Under the pieces are notes generated by a model. It worked only from the letters and a program-made list of their open reading frames with translations. It was not told the DNA's origin and ran no database searches. The position numbers were made by a program, and so were the translations under genes. DNA of 64,000 bases from Chrysomallon squamiferum (Eukaryota > Animalia > Mollusca): NCBI GenBank assembly GCA_012295275.1, contig CM022670.1, positions 21,886,001 through 21,950,000 on the forward strand, given 5' to 3'. Positions 52,291 to 64,000 of this stretch are shown piece after piece; the stretch's first letter is position 1; each line of letters begins with the position of its first letter.

Positions 52291-53384
52291 TGTATGTATG
52301 TATGCAATTATCCCTGAATATACATGTATGTATTTATGTATGTATATATGTATGCTAAATATGTATTCGTTAAAATGTAGGTATTTTTTTTATTTATGTT
52401 TATAAATTTAGAAGACAAACCAAGAACAACTACAATACCAAACATCAACAATAACAAAACAACAACAAGAACAACAACAAGAACAACAACAATAATAATA
52501 AGAAGAAAACAACAACAAAAAAAGAAGAAAAAGAAGTATATCATAAAAAATTAAATATGTAAGAAAAATACACATCACCAAAACAAGTTGACTTACTCTC
52601 AGTTCTAAAGTATATTTTCACTTCATGAACAAAGTAGAGTTTTCCTAGATCCACTTCCCACCACGTGTACGACTGTCCTATTGCTTGTGCATAAAGTTTA
52701 ACCCATTTTGTTTTGTTACTCCATCAACAGCTGCAGATGCTTTGAAACGGTTGTCATGGTAAGAACTCTGGTAGGCTGGCTTTCTCTTAGCTACATTTAC
52801 TGTTCAAAATGGAATTAACAAATATTTAATAAAGATATGAATATCAATATCGTACACATATACACAACGACATCTGAAGAAACAGGTATCGAACAAATTA
52901 TCCGGCGTCCTGAAATCCAGTAAGACAATAAAACCTGAAATGTTTTTCCAGACGCTATTTTCATAGTTCTCGAGCGCACGTGTTGTCCTCACCAGACCGA
53001 AACTACTCTTTCAAGCCGCGTGGCGTTCTTTCACTCGCCACATTGTTTACATAATGTCGAATCGCCACAGTTGTGTATCGTCAATTTTCTTTTTAATTTT
53101 AAAATGTTTATGCCTAGTTATTTACGTATTTAGATGCCTTGGTGCCAGAAAACCTCAGGCCCCAAGGAGTCCGGATAATTGGTCCGATATCTGTACATAC
53201 ATATGAACAAATGATGCCTCATACCACAAATATTATTAAGACAAATTCGTTCGTTTTATTATTTCTAATCAAAGATTAGGATATTTGTGGTAGTAACATT
53301 ACGTCGTTTTTCGTCAGGACAGTTTTTAATAACTGCAACATCAGTGAGCACTTCATATCTATCTATCTATATATATGTATAGAT

Positions 53385-53423
<39 letters not shown>

Positions 53424-53601
53424 AACTTATACAGTCACACACATATAAACACACATACACATATACATATACAGACATGCTAGCATAGGTATACACATAT
53501 ATAGAGAGATATGTAAACATATATTTATACGAATTATACATATATAAGTGCAGAAGGATATACATACATACATATATATATATATGTATTTATGTATATA
53601 A

Positions 53602-53632
<31 letters not shown>

Positions 53633-53914
53633 TGCATGTATGTATGTAAATATGTATGTGTATATATATATATATATATATATTCTTTTTACAAACATTA
53701 CATACATACATACATATATAGTTTAGTAATTAGTTATAGATTAATTATAAGCATATACGGACGAACTAACACCCACACATATACATCCATATATACATAC
53801 ATATATGTGTGTCTATACATTTTTAAACGTCTTACCAAACCGAGCTGAAATGTGAACTTGAAACATGAAAATAAACCACAGAAAAATATAAAACTCCAAG
53901 CAAACTGCAGCCAT
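40750..53914 (-). CDS. Gene F: receptor-type protein tyrosine phosphatase with F-type lectin + 4 EGF exons, TM, PTP D1 and degenerate D2; two lesions, possible pseudogene
   Basis: Exons 53914-53836, 52799-52597 (203 bp, -1 frameshift), 51769-51548, EGF 51244-51092, 50634-50482, 50211-50077, 49598-49464, TM 48365-48266 (FIIAGSVIGVAVVTVVVIALFVIM), 47942-47854, 47309-47035. D1: 46584-46497 (KNRF), 46104-46028 (DYINAS), 45503-45467, 45348-45251, 44813-44688 (KCEAYW), 44332-44187 (WPDHG..VHC), 44067-43932 (SAGVGRTG..QR..VQT), 43834-43688 (EQY). D2: 43174-43141, 42861-42797, 42293-42177, 41935-41810, 41161-41013 (in-frame TAG), 40888-40750. Last exon unresolved next to the gap. Confidence 0.85.
41320..41815. 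repeat. Degenerate ~31-35-bp minisatellite in a PTP D2 intron
   Basis: About a dozen units like aaacaatatttacgtctgtctgatgtagagagt. Confidence 0.75.
49050..49172 (-). pseudogene. Dead EGF exon between the last live EGF exon and TM exon of gene F
   Basis: After acceptor tttccag reads E*DSGKLGSNCNFICGE...GQCKNG*RAGY with stops and an indel; related remnant at ~4580-4660 in gene A. Confidence 0.55.
52883..53193. mobile_element. Second copy of the ~315-bp MITE, same position in intron 1 of gene F
   Basis: Near-identical to 8492-8808 with the same flanks. Confidence 0.75.
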
Positions 53915-55242
53915 GTTGTGTTAAACTAGACAAGGTGATCCAGGAAGACCTGGGTCGTGTTCAATGCGCACACGTTTACTCAATATTTAGTTTAACATTA
54001 TGTGTATTGTTCCTTCTTACCGCATGACGCAAACTGAATAGAAGTTATGATTGACTGATGAGATTACAGATATAACAACTGTCAGGTTTCATTCACTGTG
54101 TGTACATTAGTCTATAAATATCTCTTTTTGTTGTTTATCTGTTGTATTGTGTATTAAGGTATGTGTGTTCGTGAGTGTATATGTGTGTATGTTTGTCTGT
54201 GTGTTTGTGTGTGAGTGTGTCTGTGTGTTTGTGTGTGAGTACGAGCGCGTACCCGTTTATAATCTTTAATATAAATAGGAGAATAGAGTTACTCACTTCA
54301 TCTTTAAATAAAGGAAAACGCTCACGTATCTGAAAGTAAAGCTTTATCGCTGTTAAATCAACAGAAATTGTGGAGCCAATTCTAACTGTTACATGATTCA
54401 ACGAGTCACTTACAGCAGTTAGAGGGTGACAGCTCTTCTTCTTCTTGTAGATTCCGTCGTATGCTATTTTTGTCTGTTCTTATGGTTGTTGTCTTTAGTT
54501 AATTATTGTTAGGTTATTGAAATAGGAAAAGTATTGGACTAGATAAATTCATCTATAAACTTAGATGGTATTTATTCATTTGTGTGTTTGTTTGTTTATT
54601 AAGTTTAAAAAATAGCAAGTATTTACTTTGGAAATGTTTATTAAAAGTTGTTTTCCAATTTGTAGCCATGATATTATTAAACAGTAATACGTATATACAT
54701 ACTGACATATAAGCATAAAGAAATATATACCTAAACACGCTTTCATTATTCAGTAACCACCATAAACTTACAATTAGATACCAGCATCACTGTATAAATA
54801 TGTGAGTGTGTGTTTGTGTGTGTTTGTGTGTGTACTGCGACTTTTGTGATAAAATAGTATAAGAGGGATATGTACATAATCTTATTAATTATAATAAAAA
54901 GTCACCCAAAGAAAAAATAAAACGAATATTTCCTTCCAATAAAACCAGTAGAAGTCTATTACATGTAATTGTCAACGTCATCCATACACAGAGTGAAACC
55001 TCGTCGTTTAAAGAAATGAATGATATAAATAAGTGTGACCTACAAAGTAAGACATGTACAACATGTAACAGATGTCACAGGCATAAAGAAACATACAAAC
55101 ACAGGTAAATCTACCATTCTTAAAAGAATGATTAACTTTCACAAAGTTTTTAACTAAATCATTATAAAAAAATAATATTAATAATTATAAAACTAAATCA
55201 TTTATTATATTCTCTGTGGATAAAAACTATCTGAAAGATATT

Positions 55243-56094
55243 TTAAATCTTCCTAATGTTCATTTCGCTGTATGGAGGTCCTTGATCAACAATTACGGCT
55301 TGCAAAGGAATATAATCATTTGCCTTTTGTTTGTTATCGTCAGATGAGAGAATAATAATTGTTCTTTCTGTAGTTGTCAGCGCTGACAGTAAAATACATT
55401 ATCTCTTTATAAAATACTGTTAAATGTTTAATGATTTACAATCTATACAAAGATAAATATATTAAAGGTTAAAATACATAACATAAAAGACATTGATACT
55501 TGACATGTAGATATATCTCAATTTAAAATCAGCTATACAATTAATGCATAGATATTTTAGTGATTATATATGTATATGTGATTATCACCTTTGTAACATA
55601 ATACGTAAACGATACTTGCCTGTACGAACATACAAACACAGATACAAATATAATCAAATATGTATAAAGATACAATACACACACACACATACATCTATAT
55701 AAATGCATGCATACATTATATACTGATACATCTATACATGAATATATTTATCCTTACATACATACATACATACAATCATATATATATATATATATATGTA
55801 CTTATATGCGTACATAAAAACCTATATACATCCGCGCACACGTCCACACGCACCACACAACAAAAAAACACATACGAAGACAAATAAACAAACAGATTTG
55901 ATTTGAGAATTAAAACGTCAATCAATGAACCTAATTTAGATGAGTCTAATCCAAACTTTCCACAACTACATTATGAAAATAGTAAAATGTATTAAAGTCT
56001 TCTGTTTTACATCCGTAGAGAACATTTTAATTTTTATACTGATAGCAGTCTTATTTGTATAGCCCAAACAAACATGCAAGGAAAACCTTCTACA

Positions 56095-56160
<66 letters not shown>

Positions 56161-56922
56161 CATCATCGTCATTAAAATTCACATGAGGTCTTTGAAATTA
56201 ATTTTCCATTCAGTATACCTTTTTTTTTTTTTTTTTAACTTTTTCAGTTTATTTTGTGTTTATTTTTTAAACTTTAAAAGCTGTAGACGAATATTAGTCC
56301 GTGGAATCCTACGTTCGATCTTAACAGCAGTTATTGAGTATTAGCGCTATTAATAAAATAATTAAAATTGAGAAGAACAAATATTAAATAAATAATGATA
56401 ATTACATAGATGATGCTAAATGTTTTGACCTCTGCTATTTTCTTCAATCAGATTACAACAATAAATCAGATTTCTATGCATGATAAACATGTGTGTTAAA
56501 ATCAAAAGTAATTTTATGTTACAGAATATTTATTATTTCAAAGCATACTTAATTTACTAATATAATAATTACTTCAATGTTTGAAAATTCTACAGTTAAT
56601 GTTCCAGTCCATCCTGCCGTACATCCTGCAGTGTCACACTTTCCTGTCTGTACGACACAAGAGGAGCTGGTGTTAACACAGTGACGTTTTCACACAATTT
56701 GCCACAGTTAGAACCATACTTGACTTTCAGTTCACAGGCTAATATAATATATTATAATATAATATATTATAATATAATATATTATAATATAGTAGAAAAT
56801 ATAATATAATATAATATAATAAAACGCAAAGTAAAATAACAGAGCAATGTAATATACATGACATAACTAAACAGTACAACATTTAAAATAACGTAATATA
56901 ATTGTATAAAATATTTAACCTT

Positions 56923-56962
<40 letters not shown>

Positions 56963-57400
56963 AAATCTATTATTAATAAAATCAGTGAAAATGGAAATAG
57001 CACCGACGTGACGTACCGCACGAAAAGCAATTAATTCATAACATCTGGTCAAAATAATGCTTATATTAGCTAATGTTATAATATAATACAATACAATACC
57101 ATACAATACAACACAATACAATATAAAATAATATAATAAAGCAATAAGGAACCAACCGATCAATCAAAAAACCAAACAAGAACTAAATATAGAAATAATG
57201 AAAATGACAAACAAAGCAGTGAATAAACAAATAAATAAATTGTGAACATCAAATATCAAGCAGTAATAAAGCATATATCTTGTGTATGAAAGAGAAAATT
57301 AAACCAATTTTCTTACAGTCAGTTGCAAAATATTTGTTAACTCTCATGAATAAAGTACGACATTCCTAGATCCACTTCCCACCAACAATAAAGCTCGTCA
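55243..57400 (-). pseudogene. Receptor pseudogene relic B2' (lectin remnant, broken EGF exon, TM-deleted tail)
   Basis: WWEVDLG remnant 57317-57400 with retained donor; EGF exon ~56600-56738 with frameshift and lost donor; exon 55382-55243 LTTTERTIIILSSDDNKQKANDYIPLQAVIVDQGPPYSEMNIRKI*. Confidence 0.7.
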
Positions 57401-57751
57401 ATCATTTTGTTATTACTTTTTTTTTCTGAAATTATGAAATTGATTTTCATATATTAGTAATAATACATATATGCATACATGCATCATATATACATGATTT
57501 ATAACCTGTGCCCCACTGACAAGTATTGCTCAAGTAACAGTCCAGTAATTCAGAACAGAAAAGAATGTCGTTCAGCGTCCAACACTGTTGATGTCGTAAA
57601 TGGCATTTCATTTTCAATTATGAGCACAATATCGTTCAGTACAGCACAAAATAAGCGCGAACGGAAAACGGATTTCGTAAGAACGATTCCACGCGTGCCT
57701 AACACAAATGAAACAATCGTTCAAGTAATCTGTGCGCTTCTTATAAAACCA

Positions 57752-57810
<59 letters not shown>

Positions 57811-58275
57811 TATTATTATAATAATAATAATAATAAACAAACAAACAAACAAACAAAAAATAAATAAATAAAACTTATGTCGGTATGTATTTATATATGG
57901 AATTCCTGAATTTGCATTTTATGACATTATTGTTCTTGAAATATGACACATTGAAAATATGATAGTACAAATCGTGTGTGTGTTTTGTGGATATACATAG
58001 AGTGTACAGTAGTGTACGTATATGCATGTGTATGTCTATGCTGTACCTATGTGTTGTGTTTATCTATGTATGTATATAAGTATGTATATAAATAATGTAA
58101 GTTTTTTGTCTATATGTATATTTGTCTGTGTGTTTGTAAGCTTCTGTTAGCACGCGGCGCATTTGTGCTTAAAGGAAGTTTAATCTCTCACTTACCTAAT
58201 TCAGTATATGTGTGAATAGAAAACACAGTAAAATAACACAAAAGGAGAAATAAAAGTTAAAGATAAAAATAATAA

Positions 58276-59827
58276 TTACCTATTCATTATGATCTCAGGA
58301 TCAATTTGATCATAAATAGAATATCTGGTTGAAACCGGTCCGTCATTGTGAAGAAGACAGTAGCTGATTTTACAAAGCGAATAGAGTATTATTAATTTAT
58401 GTGGCTCGCTTCTACTTTTACTGGCTCGGCAACGTATCCCTGTTTAAAAATATTTAATATTTATTTATCAGAAGCTGAAATGTTACGCTTGACTTGCTCA
58501 AGGCAGGACAAATATTTTTGCAAATGCACAACAAAACCTATTCAGAGACTCAAGATTTTTTTTTTTTTTCACATAATACCGAGTTTATGGTATGTTCGTC
58601 GTTCTCCTTTATTTCTACGTATTAATGTATTCAAAGGTTAACATTTTATTTTAATTTTCATACACAGGAGAAACACAAAATATGAAAACAAGGACAATTC
58701 TCATTAAATCAGTGGAAGTTCTATTGTCATTTACGTTTATATTTTCTCATATTTATATTGATTTATTTATTTATATTTTTATTTATCTGTTTATTTATTT
58801 TTGTTTTTCCACAGTAAATGTCAAAGTTGTGTGTGTGTTAATATTTAAAAATAAATAACAATAACAATGCAAAGTATGTCAACATGTGTGTAGTTCTGTA
58901 TAAAAATACATCTTAATGTCTCACGACGACTCTAGCTAGTGAAAACAGTGACGGACAAGATCAACTCCTATCTCAGGTTGCCGGCTTCACGACAAAAATG
59001 TAAATAAATAAATATACCTCTATATCAATCAGTATACGATCCTCTCACTCATGAATATTCAGTAACCACCACAAAGACGTCAGCACTAATGACGTTAAAA
59101 GCAGAATGACTGACACTAATGTCAATGCTCTACTTCAGATATAAAAGCCTATACACAGATTTTTCTTTTATGTTTCATTATTCCGGAAAATACTGCTAAT
59201 AATAGGGTTGGAGCGTAAAATTAACTAGTGTAACATATATAAACATGTAATAATATTAGTATTAAATTAGAATAGAAATAGATAAAAAGAGCAAATAAAT
59301 ATAAATGTGTTCATATAAATATACAAATACAGGACACAACGATAAACACTCTTAAATAATGAGAGCTGTGCTGAGCAAAACTAACAACAGTGGTATCTGT
59401 GTTGTGGGGTCACCTGTGAGGTCGAGAATCGCAGGTTTCCACTCATCAGAGGTAGAATAATAATAGACTATTTACTTTTTATCATATTCAGAAGAAAAAT
59501 GAATCAAGGCAGGGCATGTCGAGTTCATTGATAGATGTGAATAAAACATATTTCCCACGTCATAAAACCTCATAATAAGCAGAAGATATATTTATACATC
59601 ACAAAATACTGCGTTTGAAACCCACACAGGCTTCCGATTTGTGCAAACCGCACCATCTTTTCAACGTCAAAAGTCCGCTAAGTGTCTACAAAAAATAAAT
59701 ATGAACTAAATGGGTTGCATTTTAGCGCTTTGGCGGGCAAGCCTTTGCCGATTACAGTTTACAGGACAAGGGCGATGTCGTCTTTAGAAATATCACATAA
59801 AGTTACGAAAGTAAAGAATGTTCTTTA

Positions 59828-59882
<55 letters not shown>

Positions 59883-60888
59883 TCATGATGATGTTAGTGG
59901 TAATAGTTAAACTAATAATAATGATGTGATTGCGATGATGCTGAGAAGAAGAATAACTAGACTGGTTGACTAAGAAATAGACATCTTTTGCACAAAAAAA
60001 CAAAATAATAATAATAAATAATAAAAAATTATTTTAAAGATTAAACAAATGGGTATTGTACATTAATAGCCTATATCGCAAATTGCTATCTTTTTTATGA
60101 TTTACAAATTATTAGATATAGATAACTGCAGTTCCGGAACTCTCGCGCTTTATGTCAGTGACAGCATTGCAGTGATATATTACGTTTATGAATATACATT
60201 CATATATCTATGAATGTGCATGTATTCACACATTTGTCCTTTTTGTCTAGATATGTGAGTGGTTCTGTATTTACGTATGAGTGCGTATATGTATACCTAT
60301 ATGTTTGTGTTCGTTATATACCAAAGTTAAAAACTATACGCATAAACTTTCAAAGCAAAAACAAAAAATTAAAAAATGTAACTGTCAAAAATGATCATTC
60401 TAATAGAAAATGTTATATATATTTCTCAACTTACCAAACTCAGTGATTCATACGAACACGCACATACAGAGAGATGAACGTAATGACACTCAGACATATA
60501 TTCACACCCAACAACCACAGCAACAACAACGACTTTCCAAGGAACAGATTAAAAATGTATTTAAAAATAATCTTTAATGTGACAAACTCAGTTTTCTCTA
60601 AGTTCAGTTGCAAAAGTTAATAGTTATTGTAATACTATATTTAACTGAGTTGAATGAGTTCTGAGCGAATTGAGGAAACAGGCTCAAATACAAACTTGAG
60701 TGACGTAGATCACTGTGTATGATACATTGACAAGTTTATTGTTTCGTGTTTATTTTCTTCTGTTTTGTGTGTATATTATTTAGTTTAGATTTGAAACTAA
60801 TATGAAATAAACAGATATAAACAGATAAATATACGGAGAGATAGGTTTGTAAAGAGAGAGATGGACTAAGAAAAAGATATATATATAC

Positions 60889-60969
<81 letters not shown>

Positions 60970-61230
60970 GATCAGTATATAGAGAGACATAAAGATTGTT
61001 TGAATAGACAGTTGTTTATTTTTCATTGCAGGGCATTACGTTTTGTCACCTAATGAGTGTTTATTTTATATTTAGTCTAATTCACCAATAAAAAATAAAA
61101 AAAACAACACTTTTTCATATAGTATAAAATATTACACAAGTCTGATGTAAGGGTATTTTAAAACAGTTATGGCTATGTATCTCTTTAAAAAATAAAAATA
61201 ACGGACAACAAGGAAACACACTGCAGCCAT
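58276..61230 (-). pseudogene. Receptor pseudogene relic B1' (duplicate of B1)
   Basis: Orphan MAAVC start at 61230, signal-donor remnant ~60435, TM-like remnant ~59050-59135, tail exon 58439-58280 with SIYDQI. Confidence 0.45.
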
Positions 61231-61578
61231 GTTGTGTTAAACTAGACACTGTGATCCCGGAAGACTTGTTGTTCTTCAAGGCGTAGACGCTTAGTCAACG
61301 TTTACTGTCACATTTTGTGTATTGTTCCTTCTTTCTCCTCGGTGCAAACTGAATATACATATGATTAACTGGGTCACTTTGCAGACATACCCTGTGTCAC
61401 TCTTCATTCACTGAATATACAGTAGTCTATAAATTACTTTTATCAAATAAAACACAGCTATAATAATAATAATAATAATAAGACCAACAACAACAACCAC
61501 AACAATTTGTGCATTTATTTAAAAGATGAGGCACGAAATAAAAAATAAACGTATACTGAAAACAAATACTATTACTAT

Positions 61579-61616
<38 letters not shown>

Positions 61617-61820
61617 ATAATAATAATAATAATAATAATAATATAGTAAATAACAGCTATATTGTCTTTTCTGTTTAAAAGTTTTAAATTTATTACTTCA
61701 AATGAGTACAGTTGTTTTCTTCTGTGTGTGAGTTGCATCTATCTTTGTAGTGTCAGTATGTGAATGTGTGTGGGCGTGGGTGGGTGTGAATGTGTGAGAG
61801 AGAAAGAGAGAGTCAGAGAA

Positions 61821-61902
<82 letters not shown>

Positions 61903-62777
61903 AGAGAGAGAGTACCTGTTTAATCATATTTAACAGAAAAAGGAGTATAACGTTACTTCGTCATTAAATAAAGGAAAATACACAGTTATCTAAAAATAAA
62001 TCTTTTTCTGAGTTAAATCAGTATTTGTGTAACAGTGTCCGATATCTCTCGAGCAAATTATGACTTTCACAGTGATTCAGCTCGACATTTACATTAATTA
62101 GTTAGCTCTTCTTCTGCTTCTTGTAAATGCCATTGTTTGTTATTTGTTTGTGTGTTGTTTTTTATTCCTTTGTTTTTTATTTATTTATTTAAGAACGTTA
62201 AAAAATAGCAAATGTTCATTAAAAGTTTTCAAATTTCTGTCTTCTTAGCATACAGAAATACATAGAAACATAAACATCCACGATTCAGTGACAACCACAC
62301 ACAGAAACATACATACACACTTGTATGTGTGTGTTTGTGTCGTGTACGTATATGTATATACTGTGACTCTGGTGACACAAGTTATTAGAAGGATACATTT
62401 ATAATCTTATTAAGTATATAAACACATTCAAACAAAAAGTAAAACAAGTATTTTATTTGAATAAAACCAGTAGAAGCTATTACATGTAGCTGTCAAGGTC
62501 ATATTTACACAGAGTTAGTCTGAAAGAATTAAAATAAATGACATAAAATAAGTGCGAGTAACGAAGTAGTATATGTACAAAAAAGAGGAAAATGTTTTAT
62601 CTAAAAAGACCTCGATAGATATCATACACAAAAAATATTTCTGTTTTTATCTAACTCGTTTTAGAAAAAAAAAAGGAAAGTATTATAACGAAGGTATTTG
62701 TTATCATGGTATAGATTATTCTTTGTTGTAAACATATCCGAAAAATACTTTAAATGATGACTGTTACTTTCTTTTAA

Positions 62778-64000
62778 TTATGTCATGTTTATTTTGTCGT
62801 ATGGAGATCCTTGGTCAACACTTTCAACTTGCAAAGCATCGTAATCATTAGTGTGTCGTTGGTTACCTTGTGTCCCGTGTTGCGTGTGTTCTGTAGATCT
62901 TCTGTTACGTTCGATAGGTCCTTGAGGTGAGGAAGAGGCAGAGCCATCTGCATTATCAACAACAGCTTCGTACACAGGATGAGCCATGGTAGTTGCTGTA
63001 GTTTGGTTTTCTCTATTTTTCTCAAAGGTTACAAACGGCTCCGTCGGTTTCGTTCTTCTCTGATAAACCCTGAAATTGACATTTCTCTTTTGATAGAAAC
63101 ATCGGTTGTGATTTAAGTTATAATTAATTAATAACAGGTACTACACCAAGTATGATCGATCACTGATTATTGAGAAATAAATATTCTCGAGTAAATTTGT
63201 TGAATCAGCGATATATTGATAAAGCATATCTTCCTGATGAAAATATAAACACAATTATACTTAAAACCAAAAAAATCTAAATCTCATTTTTATAGTAATT
63301 AATGCTCACCTAAATCAAAACTTTTAATATTATCGAAAACAAGAGAAAAAGCAAAAGATATTTACTTACATAATAACAAGAATGAGGGCAGCTGCACTGA
63401 AAATCAAGGCTAAAGCTGTGATAGATGACAGAATAATGACACTAGTCTCTGTGGTTTTCTGATCTGCAACTGAAGATAAATTATCGTTATGTACAGACAA
63501 ATGAATGTTTTATGACAAATTAGTAAATATACATCAAAATAAATATAGATTATTTATTTACCTGTGCAGTCCTGTCTTGTCCATCCATATTCACATCCAA
63601 TTTGACATTTTCCACTGATGTGATTACACTCTGAAAGTCCACTACAGTGTCTTTCTGTACATGATCTTGAACATGTTGAACCATACCATCCTTTGTCACA
63701 AGCTAAAATCAAAAATGGATTTCCAAGTAGAAAGAAAAGTATATACTATATTATTTTGTTCATGACTGAAAACAGTTCGAAATTCCCCAAATAGTAAAAT
63801 GTACCAATAAAAGTAGTATGAAAATTTAAGTGTGCGATACAAAACTCGTAGTAGTCACCAGTCTCAAACAAACAATATTCAAACAATTTTAAACTGTGAT
63901 TAATGTAAAAACGAAAAAATAAAAATAAAATACTCACGTTGCTTACAGAGGTGACCTTGGTATCCGTCTTTACAACCTCCTGTACAATTTCCAGAAATAA
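62778..64000 (-). CDS. Gene G: 3' part of another EGF/TM/ITAM-like receptor (continues beyond window)
   Basis: Exons 64000-63938 (partial EGF), 63702-63562 (EGF), 63469-63370 (TM), 63069-62778 (292 bp, in frame, YDALQVESVDQGSPYDKINMT*); near-identical to gene C. Confidence 0.88.

Larger units (their letters stand above)
48840..64000. repeat. ~15-kb segmental duplication, copy 2
   Basis: Collinear with ~4370-19557; differs by substitutions, indels and the 570-bp MITE. Confidence 0.85.

Overview
AT-rich, microsatellite-dense eukaryotic (animal) genomic DNA with short GT-AG introns. The gene content suggests a mollusc or other lophotrochozoan, but that is inference only. Nearly all ORFs in the supplied track are microsatellite artefacts; the real genes are spliced and were reconstructed by hand. 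The window is a tandem array of minus-strand type I membrane receptors sharing one ectodomain plan: 79-bp signal-peptide exon, F-type lectin (fucolectin-like) domain in two exons, 4-6 MEGF10/SCARF-type EGF-like exons, and a TM exon. The copies differ in their intracellular module. Gene C (18406-22978) and gene D (32229-37840) are intact, and gene G (62778 to window end) is partial; all three end in a ~100-aa tail with an ITAM-like YxxL-x10-Yxx(I/M). Gene F (~40750-53914) carries tandem protein-tyrosine-phosphatase domains (intact D1 motifs, degenerate D2) but has a 1-bp deletion in lectin exon 2 and a TAG in D2. Gene A (2900-9535) joins an F-type ectodomain to a C/G-type TM and tail, and its tail is frameshifted. 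Between them lie collapsed pseudogene relics (one with an ITIM-like tail), plus-strand CD225/dispanin (IFITM-like) fragments, two TA-flanked MITE families, SINE-like copies and a 200-N gap. A ~15-kb block (~4370-19557) recurs at ~48840-64000. Best candidate system: a birth-and-death cluster of glycan-recognising paired receptors in which a loop-variable lectin/EGF ectodomain is recombined onto Tyr-motif versus phosphatase signalling modules.
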